Source of the DNA: Squalus acanthias
Taxonomy: Eukaryota
Direction of reading: 5' to 3'
Length of the DNA stretch: 64,000 nucleotides
NCBI GenBank assembly: GCA_030390025.1
Contig: CM059433.1
Span: forward strand, 90,086,001-90,150,000
Part shown: piece after piece, positions 41,216-52,908 of the stretch
Position numbering within the stretch: the first letter of the stretch is position 1
How the letters are laid out: each line of letters opens with the position of its first letter
The notes under the pieces: generated by a model
Database searches by the model: none
What the model was told of the DNA's origin: nothing
Seen by the model: the letters and a program-made list of their open reading frames with translations, nothing else
Made by a program: the position numbers and the translations under genes

Positions 41216-41896
41216 AAATTTAGAGACTTATGTGAGCATCAAGCACTCCCGTGCCAGATACTGCGAGGTTCGATACAGAGCGAATCTCTCTCCAAAAGTC
41301 TCTGTCCAATGACATGCTTTCATCCAACTGCAAAATATCAAACCCGACAGCACCAGCGTGACATTTCCCATTTCCTGAGCCAGCCAATCTTGCGGCTTTA
41401 CCAGGTAAGGGTATGAAATTTATGCCAACAGCCATTTGAAAACTAATTCATTGTGCTTTGACGCACTTTGCCGTGAGAAATAGCTTATGTAAATGCAAGT
41501 GTTATATTATTAAACTGTGGTCCGTTTTGTGCTGTGGGGGCCTTGCCAACTGGGAAGTGAGTTGAGGTTGCCCAAACTCATCTCAGGTCGAAGTGCACGA
41601 AGAGAAGTCCCCAATCCCACCGGTTTCGGCTGGATCTGAACCCACGCCCCTAAGTTAAAGGTTGGGATTCTCCACTTCTAAACTCGCCAGCTCGTTAAAG
41701 TGAAAGGGTGGAAAATGATGGGCTGGCAAGCACAGGAAGCAGGAAACCCCAGCCAAAGGGACAATGCTCTGTACTCACTGTATCACCCAATCCCTCCTGA
41801 AGCAATTACCAAACTTAAACACAGCCTTAAAGATTTCGCCACTGAATACAGAATGCATCGGGACACGTGAAACTGAACATGTGACCTTGCCGTTCA

Positions 41897-42020
41897 TGCA
41901 AAAGCTCAAATACTCAAATGCTGGAAATCTGACATGTAAGAGAAAATGCTGGATACACTCAGCACATCAGGCAGCACCTGTGGAGAGAGGGAGGTAGGGG
42001 TCATGACCCTTCGTCAGAAC
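41897..42020 (-). mobile_element. Penelope-type terminal-repeat fragment
   Basis: ATGCTGGAAATCTGA...GAAAATGCTGGATACACTCAGCA..TCAGGCAGCA.CTGTGGAGAGA...CCCTTCGTCAGAAC resembles the common shark Penelope terminal repeat (recalled). Confidence 0.6.
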
Positions 42021-43969
42021 CGCAAGTTCATTGCTTATGGGGAACATTCCATATCTAACAATGCCGAACATTCTCCACTCCCATGAGGTGCTACCTTCTC
42101 ATTCCCACACAACAGCCAGAAAGTCATATTGTCAATTTCAAGTTGTTTTTCTTCGAAACTTGAGCAGTTTCAAATGAGAAACAGCTGATAGCAGGCTTAT
42201 AATTCAAATTGAATCAAGCCCGAGTGGCGGTGGGGTGGGAAGGCTACTATCATACAATATTTAAACAAAACAATTGGAGGACTGGATTATAAATGTTATG
42301 GGAATTGTAAAATGTGCTTTAATTGGGTGCGTCAATATTAAAGAAAGGTTAAGAGTAAAATTTATGATCATATAGAGATTGCAAAAGCCATTTAAGAAAT
42401 GGTGCCGTTATATTTAATAATAGTATATATATCATATCAAACTAAACTGAGTGAGATTTGATGAGCCTGAAATGAATCCAAGATCCCTCCACCCCCAATG
42501 TACTTAATGATAAAAGTTCAGGAAAAGGGGACCTGTAGCTTTTCAGTTAGGAGAGCCTTGCTGTTTTTATAGATTTTTTTTTCTTCTTCATCCTTTATAA
42601 TTTTCTTTTTCCTGAGCTAAAATGCTCTCTTGAAGTAGAACTTTCAAAAGGCTCTTTACTTCACAACAGCATACTCCTCACCCCTGCTGCTGAGGAGGAA
42701 TGATTCAGGATTGACTTGATTCTATAAAACCTTCAATGGGGGGGACTGGCAGCTTGTCAATGTTACATACTGCAGGGAGAAAAATCAAAGTACAACACTG
42801 AAGTCTCACTAATAGTAATCTACAAAGGCTCTTAAGCGCTGTGTACAAGGAAAACATCGGGCCATCAGGCAAATGAAAAAAAGAAACGGCAACTTAAAAC
42901 TCCTGTCGTTTTCAACAACACTCAGGACTGATCTATGAACCTCCCACTGAGATAAAATGGAAACCTTCGGAGTTTATTTATGGCAAAATAAATATGCCAG
43001 CATTCAGTTTCTTTTAAACTGGTCCCTTTAATAAAAAGTTTTTAAAAATCTTTCCATTCTTCTCCCATTTTTCATAAAGGTAGAGAAGGCATGCCAGGCT
43101 CCAGCCGACAGTCCAAGACACGCAGACTGGTTGCACTATAGTGCCGAAGCTTCACAATATTGAACACATCTTAAAAGCAGTATCTAAAATCAAGGCAATG
43201 CCACATTTAACGGAGCAGTGTCGTCATATTGGACAAGCTTCAGGTGAGGCACTGGTCCTGGAATGTTCAGGAAAAGGTCTGCTCCGAATATTCAATGAAA
43301 CCATCTCCCCAGTAGGCTCAGATTGCAGCAACAATTACATCTACTGTACTGCAGCGTTTAAAAAACCAAGATAATGGTTCATTGTTAATCTAGGGCAAAT
43401 GAAATAAGACCACATGGCTCTGATCATGCCATTGTACACTTCTGCATCGGCAAACATTTTGAAAGGTCTTGAAGAACACTTTGCAGGGTGAAAATATCCC
43501 TTTAACGGGGAAGATTAAATGGATCACAACGACTTCTGAATTTACTAAGATAACCGATTCACTGCCATAAGCGCCATCGCCTTCGCAGTTTGTCTACCCC
43601 ATTATCTCATAAGCACTCATTCAGTACTACCTCCACACAGACCCCAAAAAGGTTTGTCATTCCCCAGTCAGTGCTTTTATGCATTTCCAAATGTTAACAG
43701 GATTACTGAAAGAAAGAATTGCTGTAAACAAGGTGTTGGCTTGCTTCCAAAATAGCGTATTCCACAAATGATTGTCTTGGATTAGTGCCAAGGATGGAAA
43801 GTGCACTTGCACATACACATTGCTATACTCAAGTGCAAAGACAATATTCCTCTGTAATAATACTAATGTCAACAAAACTGTGGTTTTAAATTAACAGCCC
43901 TGGGTTATTAAAATCATTTACACAAAAATCCAATTAGAGCACACAGCTTCTTTATTTTTATCCGATTCC

Positions 43970-44340
43970 TCCCCTCCACTCCTGGAGGTGTTGACTCAAG
44001 CTGGAATACCATTGTACAGGCACCAGCATTCCTCCGCTACCTTATGCGAGTGGCCAATCTTCATGTGTGAACCTAGACAGGGAGTGCGACCAGCCTTTTC
44101 GGCCGTGGAAAGTGTCACAGACAAACCCAATCCTGTCCTGGTGTGTGATGCCCATGCCTGTGCGTGTTCCAGTGAGGATAAGTTGAATGGCAATTCCTAG
44201 CCCAGGATACTGTCGTGCTCCCATTGCTGCCCGAGTGAGATCAGCGAACTCACCGCAGACCACACAACGGCCTTGGGACCTTCCAAATCTGTGTGGTCCA
44301 GCAACAAACCAAGTGGGACACTTACCAACAGAACCATCCA
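43970..44340 (-). mobile_element. Unclassified old SINE-like family (other copies about 3700-4020, 15440-15590, 38870-39240, 54570-54930)
   Basis: Shared blocks GAGTT.GCTGATC, GACAGGAT..G..T..CTGT, CACTC.CTGTC.AG..T.ACA.AT.AA, and CCAGC..GAGTCA.CAC between copies. Confidence 0.6.
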
Positions 44341-45171
44341 AGCAGTTCATCCCAAAAAAGATTCTTTTTGCCCTTTTTTATAAACAACAGGGGAAAAAGA
44401 GGGGAAGCAGTAATCTGATGTAACTATATTCGCCATCAGTAAATCTGGAAGAATAAATGAGTTGTCTGAATTAGCAAGTCAAATTTGCAACGAATAAATT
44501 ATGTTAAAAGATGCCAGGTCAAAAATTTATTAAACTAGGCCTGCTAAGTTGCTTGTAAACTGAGCAAGTGTAATATTGTTTAATCTCAACATCTTGGTTG
44601 ATCAAATTATTGCAAATGACTGAAGTACCACAAGCAGGTTCCCACATTGTGACTCACCCACGAGGGAGCTGAACATGAGGGGTGCTGGTCCACCGATCGT
44701 AGATGCAGTAAAATGGAGACTTTGATCATTGTGAAGCTGGAACAGTGGTTCCAGGGACACAACATTATAGTTGTACGTTTTATGGTGGCTGCTGTTATCA
44801 TAAGTGTCCGTGAGGATATTATTCCAAGCACAGCCCAAAAAATATTAACCCAATAGAAACAACACAGTAGTAGCAATACCTGTGCACTCAGTGAAACGGT
44901 GCAACCTAAGCATTTTATGTTCACCTTTAAAACCAGGTTGGCATAATTAATTATGCATTTATTTTAAACGGCATCATGTACTTAAAATAAATGATCTCCA
45001 CTCTCTGCAGACCCGTCTGACTAAACTCAGTGAGGCGTGCTATTTGTTAACTCCTCAAATGCTACTTGCTGCATTCAATGTGCAAACTGTAGGAACTGTC
45101 TGGCTTATTTAGGAGGTGAAACAGCTTACTGGCCCTGAATTTCCTGGAAAGTTGTGGCGTAACTATGACGT

Positions 45172-45451
45172 AACATAGAAACATAGAATCTAGGAGCAGG
45201 AGTAGGCCATTCGGCCCGTCGAGCCTGCACCACCATTCAATACGATCATGGCTGATCATTCAAATCCAGTACCCTGTCCCTGCTTTAATCCCCACAGTAC
45301 ACATATCCCACCTGACCCCCGTAACCCCACGTATTTAATTCCCCCTAACATATCCCATCCTATCCCCATAACCCCACATATTTAATCCCCCCTTAACACT
45401 AAGGGTCAATTTATCATAGCCAAATCAACCTAACCCGCACATTTTTTGGAC
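45172..45451 (-). mobile_element. HE1-like V-SINE, 5'-truncated
   Basis: Near-identical to 39858-40153 but lacks the tRNA head and most of the V-domain. Confidence 0.9.
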
Positions 45452-46054
45452 GAGCAGAATCGCGTCATTCTTCTTTGAGGAAATTTGCGCGTAACTGATT
45501 TACGCGGGTTATACACCAAATCATCGCTACACATGAATTTCCTCGATCATTTGAGCCGTTCGAGTTACGCCTGCCGAAATTCCACCTGGTTAATTGACAC
45601 AGGTGTAAAGCGGGCTGCCAATTCGCTATCACCCATTTTACACTATTACACAAAGTCAAAATTACCTCCACTATTTCTAGTGTTTTCTAGCGGTTTTTAA
45701 AAATTTCTCTTTAATGAGACTTGCACTGTATTTTCCATATCTTTGAATGCTTTTTTATTTGGATCAGAATCTGTTACATTAAAAAGAGAAAAGTTTATCT
45801 TAAACAATTGCATTTTCTTAAACATGCATAAATGATGGTCTGATGGCTTCTAAATTTAACTTTCATAACATCAATAAGATAAAGAGACACTTAAAGAAGG
45901 AAGATAGTGTATGTTGCATGCTTTCCTCTGGCCCCGATTGCTTATGGTGGTTTTGCGCCTGTCCTTACGTTTCGACATCTACTAATGCATGTCTCAGGAA
46001 ATTTGGGCATAAGTTCCCGTCGGTAAGATCGGCATAGAAACCGGCATAAATAAT

Positions 46055-46487
46055 GAAAGAAAAACTTGCATTTATATAGCGCCTTTCACGACCATTGGAC
46101 GTCCCAAAGCGCTTTACAGCCAATGAAGTACTTTCTGAAGTGTAGTCACTGTTGTAATGTACGAAACGTGGCAGCGAATTTGCAAATAGATCATCTGTTT
46201 TAGCGATGTTGGTTGAGGGCTAAATATTGGCCAGGTCACCGGGGATAACGCCCCTGCTCTTCTTCGAAATAGTGCCACGGGACCTTTTACGTCCACCTGA
46301 CAGAGCAGACGGGGCCTCAGTTTAACATCTCCTCCGAAAGACAGCACCTCCGACAGTGCAGCATTCCCTCAGCACTGCACTGGAGTGTCAGCCTAGATTA
46401 ATTTGTGCTCAAGTCCCTGGAGTGGGACTTGAACCCACAACCTTCTGACTCAGAGGCGAGGGTGCTACCAACTGAGCCACAGCTGAC
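46055..46487 (-). mobile_element. Deu-domain SINE, full length
   Basis: A box TGGCTCAGTTGG, B box GGTTCAAGTCC, Deu core and tail all present. Confidence 0.92.
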
Positions 46488-47112
46488 ACTATGGCATAAT
46501 TCCTGCATAAATGTGATCCAGGAAATTGCGGAATATCTTGTTTTCTATACGGTAAGGCTCCCCTTCTTCCCTTACTACTTTATCCGAGGTCACACTGCCT
46601 CTGTTAACAAACATGAAGTAGGTGACCAGCTCCCAGGCAACCAGCAGTAACAATGCTGTAAAGTGTACACAAGTAAACTGATGAGATTTTGCCTACGATT
46701 TTCCTTCACAATTCACAAGGAAGTCCCAGACCCACTTAGCACTTCCCTCAGTGACACAGCTAAGATTAGGAATGTAACCGAGATGGTGAAATCAAACATC
46801 AGTGTCACAACTCTGCATCAACACACATCAACCCTGCATTGCACCAACTCACATTTCATTCCTTGTTATTGTTAATGTCTCACCAAATAGTTTCAAAAAA
46901 ATGTTTTAATGAATTTTCTGAGAATTAAGGTGAAGAATACTATTACTGGTGAATAGAATAATATCCATTAGGGTCAGCATCAGGTACTTCCAAGTCAGGT
47001 GTACCATAATTAGATAGAAAGTTAAGTTCCTACTCTATCCAATGGCCAGAAATTTCCTTGGCATTGCTCCTCCTCCACTGCTATAACTTCGCCAGAAGTG
47101 CGGCAGAAACCT

Positions 47113-48837
47113 TGGCTGCGATTTCGCCGACCAAGACGGCTCCGGGGTGGCCAGGGTTGGTCCCAGCCCGCTGCCTACTGCAGCCCGCACTCTCCAAGTG
47201 ATTTTACGTTAATAGGGCTTGTTAAGCCCGTCCTGCGAGGTTCCTGGCCAATTAAAAGGAAGCGGGTCTGATGACATCATTTGATGATGCGTCTATCAGC
47301 CGGTTTCCTTAAAGGGACCATGTCCAAATTGATTTTGACAATTCTGCTGTCCGTGTTCTACAGCATTGAGGTGCAGCAAACACTGACAAGCACTGCACAC
47401 AGGTGCACGGCTGCACCCAGGCTCTCCCATGACTCCCTCCATATGCCAGGTTCTCTTCCCTTCCCATGGGCGGAACAGACCTCCCCAGGAGATCAACGCA
47501 GCCTGGTTGCACATTGTACAGGAGGACACAAGCAGGGATGTTGTCAGCAGGACCAAGCTGCAGTGGCGCAAACCTTTCAATGATCTCAGTAGATCACAAA
47601 ATGTTACTACAAAGCCACACTCGGCCTCATCCTGCTGTGCCTCTCATCACATCCACATCACTCTGCCTTCCCTACCCTACTCCTGCACATCTTTACTTAC
47701 ACCAACTAACCTTGCACCTCCACCCATCCCTCTCTATCTACATTATCACTTCCCCATCTCACGAGCCACCCCTCACACTCCCCCTCATCCTACTGCAAGC
47801 ATACCAGCTAACAACACACAAGGGTAGGCACTTGGGTGTTTTAGCCAATGTTCATGTGAAGTTTCTGGTAATGTGCTGTCAAACATTGAAACCTTTATTT
47901 TCAGCACTTTGCGTTCTTAGACAGATTTGTGTGCACCTTTGGAAGTGGCTTAGTGAGTTGTAGTGAATGGTGAGACATAACTGTACCCCCCACAATGGTA
48001 ACGAGAATGAAAGGAATGGCTTAGGTATTGTAGGGATGCTTTATGGTGTTGGTGTGGGGTGTTGCCAAACTGGCGCATCATGTGGCATCAAGGGTGTACA
48101 GTGTCAAGTGAAGTAAATGTGCCCATGGTGAGGCCATCCCTGGCAGCAATGTGGTCGGGTGCTGATGCCCTCTGTCCTGTGCAGCATCAGTTGATTGTGG
48201 AGAAGGCTGGTGTTGTTGTTGTTGCTGCTGCTGGTGTTCGGGCTGATCTTGGTGGGATTCTGAGGACCAAGGTGAGATATTTTCAAGGGCAACGATGCTG
48301 ATGTAAGGTAAGATTGGGATGACAGAAGCGATCTGTCAATGGTGAGAGAGGTTGTTCCAATGAGGTGGCACTGGATAAGAGAGTTGGCTTCAAACACTTG
48401 CAAGCTGCAGAAAGCTCAATATGTCTTCCAAATGCAGTAACCAACAGTTTCTGAGCTTTGAAAGTGAACAGCTGTAACATGGGATCTTTTATACAACTTT
48501 GGCAGCTGTCAGGTCATGAGATAATTCAATGCTGAATCCACTCATGACATGCTGAGCTGACGTGTTCCCCGAGCAGCGGGTAACCCGTGGGGGAGCACGT
48601 AAAATTGAAATGTAGGCTTAAAATAACAGTTAATTGGATGTTAACAACCCATTTAATGATGTGAATTGCCTCCCCCGCCGCTTGGTGTCGGGTCTGTTCA
48701 GCGCCGACAGACCCGACACCTGGGAGTCTCGCGTGGAGGCGGGTTGACAGCGGGTTCCCTACCCGCTGGCAATCTTTGCTATTTTGACAGCGGACTCACC
48801 TCCAAACCCGTCCTCTGAGCACCGGCAAAATTTAGTG
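47113..48837 (+). mobile_element. Decayed Harbinger-like transposon with Myb/SANT-like coding remnant (about 47395-47597)
   Basis: Frameshifted translation HRCTAAPRLSHDSL / VLFPSHGRNRPPQEINAAWLHIVQEDTSRDVVSRTKLQWRKPFNDLSRS fits the trihelix Myb/SANT-like pattern. Imperfect TIRs GGCTGCGATTTCGCCG / CGGCAAAATTTAG. Confidence 0.72.
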
Positions 48838-49199
48838 TTTCCACACTCCCGGCGAGGTTACAGAAATGGAGCAGGAACAGCTCTGAGGAAATTCCCAGGC
48901 ACCGTTCCTCAATCCCAATCTCAGGACGGCAGCCTCTACTGCACCAATATGGCATTTCTCCATCACCAGACCAGCCATCCTCTGGCACTCTCTTGAGCGA
49001 GAAGTGCCAATTTAGTGCCAATTTGCTGGCACTACGGGCAGTTTTGTGCGGTGGGCCCATTCACAGTAGGAACTGCATTGAAACTGCCCTAACTCATGTC
49101 AGATACTTACAGCCAGCAGACTTTCAACCCAGCTGTCTGGGCTGGTTTTGAAAGAGGTGCACTATCTAACCCCCACCCCAGAAAATGGTGATTTTTAAA

Positions 49200-49550
49200 A
49201 AAGAAAGACTTGCATTTATAAAGCGCCTTGTCACATCTCACAATGACCACAAAACACCTCGCATGCAATTAATTATTTTCATCTGCTGTGACCACTCCTA
49301 TGCAGCCATTTTACACACAAATCCTATAAACAGAAAATGAGCTGAATGGCCTGTTAATCTGGTTTTAGTGAAGTTGACTGAGGAAAGAACATTGGCCTGA
49401 ATCACAGAGAATTCCATGTTCTTTCTCAAAATAGTGCTATGAGATCTTTAACATCTGTCCTGGCTATTATTTATCCCTAAACTAATGTCACTAAAGCAGA
49501 TTATCTTTTCATTATCTCGTTGCTGTTTACTGTGCAGAATTGGCTGCCCT
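49200..49550. mobile_element. Two degraded Deu-SINE halves in opposite orientation
   Basis: Minus-strand 3' half at 49200-49455 abuts a plus-strand segment at 49457-49550. Confidence 0.65.
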
Positions 49551-50749
49551 TTAATGAACCACTTCAGGCTTCCACTTCAGGCTTTTCAAAGAAAAAAAAA
49601 ATGTTTGTAGGGCCAGGAGCATAAATCTTCCGGCCCACTACCAGCCCATTCTTACCCGCCCCCTCCCCCAACCTACCGGGATCGGCTCCACACACCCCCA
49701 CCGCCACCATCCCAACAAGCCCAACCTGCAGCCAGCTCCATGTAGAAGTCGGTCGATTTTAAGCCTTCTGAAACTGGTAAGCTGCAGCAGAGCATCCATT
49801 TGGCACCCACCATTCGCTGGCTGAATTCAAGTGAGACCCGAACCTGAAAATGGTACAGGCCTCCTGACCATGACTTTGGCTGGGCACAACGGGCACCTCA
49901 CCCACTTCACGCCCATTCTGGGGCCAGTTGAAAATCTTACCAACCACCCTGTGCGCCAATAACTCAAAAAAATTCAATCGTATTTTTGTGAATGGGAGCT
50001 CACTACAGGCAACTGAAGGACAAACAGGAAACTGGCTGGAATGGTGGACGCCAGTACCATTTCTGCATTTATAAGACCCAGCACCTTATTTCTGTATGAT
50101 TACAGTGAATACTTTTCCAAGAATTTTACACAATGAATACATAAGGTTTGAATTTTTTTTGTTAATGAAGTCCATGGACAGCCAGAAATTTGTCTTTTCT
50201 GAGTGTGCACAGAACATGAAATTTGACCAAAAATCCAGTGAAATTGTACAGCCCCACCAAGTGTGGAGGTACCAATATACTGAATAGGCCTTACATGGAA
50301 ACACTGCTATAGCCTACAGTTCTTAAAATAAGGCGTAATGGTTTCAGAAATACTTGCTCCTCTGTCCTGATTAGACATAATTCCTTGCTGTGAAAGCTAA
50401 CAGTTTTTCTCAAGGAGCATGTGTTTAATCCACAGATGCAACGCTTTGCAGTAAATACAGATGGTGATTATGTTCATATTATCAGCGCTGTTACTATCTA
50501 CTTTGATTTAAAATCATTGGAAATTTCTGGTTCTTTCTAAGCAGCATTAAATCTGCAGTGCTTCAAAGTGACATTTTTTTTACTACTTAAGGTACGAGCT
50601 AGAGAAGCTTATCTTTGAAAGAGTTGGTGTTCCATTCAACCTTGATCTGTTTGGAAGATTATTTTGCAGACACTTTTGTGTAGACACGAAGCACTGCCCT
50701 GTGCTCTTCTCCCCTCGTTCCTGCTCTGTGATTGGCAGGAACCAGAGAT

Positions 50750-51250
50750 CAGCCCGTGCAAGCCACGCATGTTTCTCCTGTCGATCCCAGCCGCAGTAAC
50801 GCCAACCGTCGCGCGAATTGATCACGAGACACGTGAATTTTAATTTTAAAACAAAATTTTGCCCCAACTCGCGAGTCAACTGTAAAAACTCATGATTTTC
50901 CTTTCGGAGCAAAGAGAGGATTGTAAACCGCGCCGTGCTGCTGCACCGGAGACAGCTTCAGTTTTGAATCCAACTGACACTGCGTGACCATTGGAACCAT
51001 TAGTTACCACGGGCCAATAGGAGGAAGGGGCGGGAAAAAAAGACAGCCAATCAAAAATAGACTCCCGGGCGCGCGGGCGAGGACCGGATCTCGGCGGTCA
51101 CGTGTGACCGTCAAGGACCAAACCCAAGGCGGGCAGCACGCGGTCACAGAGATTCAGAGTCGAGGAGTTCAGTGACTAAATATATCAGAGCGAAGCTTCC
51201 TCTCCTCTCTTGAGCTGTCAAAAATCTGAGCTGGAAAAGCGAAGCTGCTT
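50750..51250 (+). promoter_or_regulatory. Intronic CpG-rich promoter-like module
   Basis: CCAAT at 51014 and 51047, ATTGG at 50990, GC box GGGGCGGGA at about 51027, and palindrome CGGTCAC-GT-GTGACCG containing E-box CACGTG at 51095-51110. Confidence 0.5.
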
Positions 51251-51875
51251 TTGTTGCCCCCCCCCCCCCAAAAAAAAAAAGTTGTGAAAGACCTTTACCC
51301 GGGATTTAAAAAATAAAGTTGCAAAAATAATAATGTGATTGTAATGTAATTTTATGTCGCTATCCTCGAGGGGTCTCCTCTCCGCTCTTTATGCAGCCGA
51401 AGTTTTTGTTTGCAATTTGTTTATTTGAAAAATTTGCCTCTCCCTGGGGTTCGTGCTGAGTGCGAAGTGACATCTGTGTCCTTGGAATATACCGGGGAGG
51501 AGAGACCGCTGCGGAGACTATTATATAGTTTAATTTTCAGTGATATCCGAGGTGGATTAATGCAAGGGATGAAAGTATTTCTAGCTGACTCTGCCTGTAT
51601 TATAACATGGGATAAATGAATCAGGCGGACTTGAATAAATTTGCTATCTGATTTGTCTGCACAAAGTGCAAGGAATTCTTTTTGCTTTAAAGGGTCTTTT
51701 ATCAAACTCAACTCAATTCACAAGATCGGGCTCCAGATCAGGGAGTTAAAAAAATACTTTGAGATGCATTTGGTCAAACTCGTTCATAATCTAATAGCAA
51801 AAGTAATTTAAAAAATAGTATTTTTAATCATGTGAAGCAGAGTGCTGATCTGTAGCAGTTGCCACACAGCAGGAT

Positions 51876-52155
51876 CAGTAATGCCAACTCTCGCGAGTTA
51901 ATCGTAAGACATGCGATTTTTAATGAAAATGTACCCCAACTCGCAAAGGGTGGTGATAAGGGGTAGGATTTTTAAAGTTTTTTGTAAAGCATTTTCAGAT
52001 GTAGTAATATAGTTGTAAAGAACTGTGACCTGTTAGAGATTAAATAAAGCCACTAATGAGGTTGAAAAACAAAAAATACCAACTCATGATTTCTTAACAA
52101 ATCTCCTGATTTTTAAGAGTTTGTCTCATGATTTATGAGACGGTGGGGTTGGCTG
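51876..52155. mobile_element. Putative short DNA-transposon remnant; its left end recurs at 50794-50900
   Basis: CAGTAATGCCAACTCTCGCGAGTTAATCGTAAGACA...CCCCAACTCGC matches CAGTAACGCCAACCGTCGCGCGAATTGATCACGAGACA...CCCCAACTCGC. Right end GTTGGC. Confidence 0.5.
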
Positions 52156-52908
52156 TAAACATTTAAATATCTTTAACACTGATCAAGTTTGCCACATAAT
52201 TTTTGCCACAGCCTTGAGCTCAGTGCTAGACATTAGAAAATGACATGATGGGCCGTTGGAACTGGAAAGAAGCTTGAGATCAGCAGCACGATTATTCATG
52301 AGGATTTTACTAAGTTAAATAGTTAAACCTGAAAGGCATTTTGCCTGATTTTTAAAAAAATTTACTTTTACTTTTTATATTGCTTTTCTCCACTTTCTAT
52401 CCACACACTAATATAATATTGCTCTTCCGCTTAGGGTTTAGGGGACTGGCATGGTCAGGCAATTCTCTATAAACTGTCACGAGCAGAAGCAGGAAGCACA
52501 ATCCAAGAAATGTTGGGAGTGGATTGGATGCTTTCAAAATTAACTGCCGCACCACCCTCTTCCTGATCCAACACCATCCGGAACTCCATGGGGTTCTCCA
52601 TTTAGTGGCCTAGCCAGAAACTAATAAAAGTCATTTCACTGAAGCAGACAGATTTGTGTGATGTGCAGACCTAGAACTATCACCCACAAATAAGATCTTG
52701 TTGGGAATCAAGCACTCCAACAACTTGCGTATTGGTTTAAGAATTATGTCCAACAATCCAAAAGCTTAAGATTGATTCTTAGAAAGTTACCTTGTTTTGT
52801 CTTCATTTTTTGTAACATTTAATCTCTGGAGATAGGGCCTCAGGCCTTATTTATAAATTGTTTGATAAATGACAGCTGTGACATTTCCATGTAAAATGGA
52901 GCACTTAC

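Noticed and set aside
46410-46487. tRNA genes at SINE heads (also about 1590, 13105, 40240)
   Set aside because: The A and B boxes run straight into SINE bodies, so these are tRNA-derived heads rather than tRNA genes.
48104-48480. Harbinger transposase ORF on the minus strand
   Set aside because: No DDE motifs are recognisable; at best it is a decayed N-terminal remnant.
1-52800. EPHA7 exon 4 (expected ..CxxGFYK..C..CP.HS..C.C..GYYRA..DPP..ACT)
   Set aside because: Not recognised in the ORF track or by eye. It probably lies beyond the window, but a short exon could be missed; tblastn would settle this.
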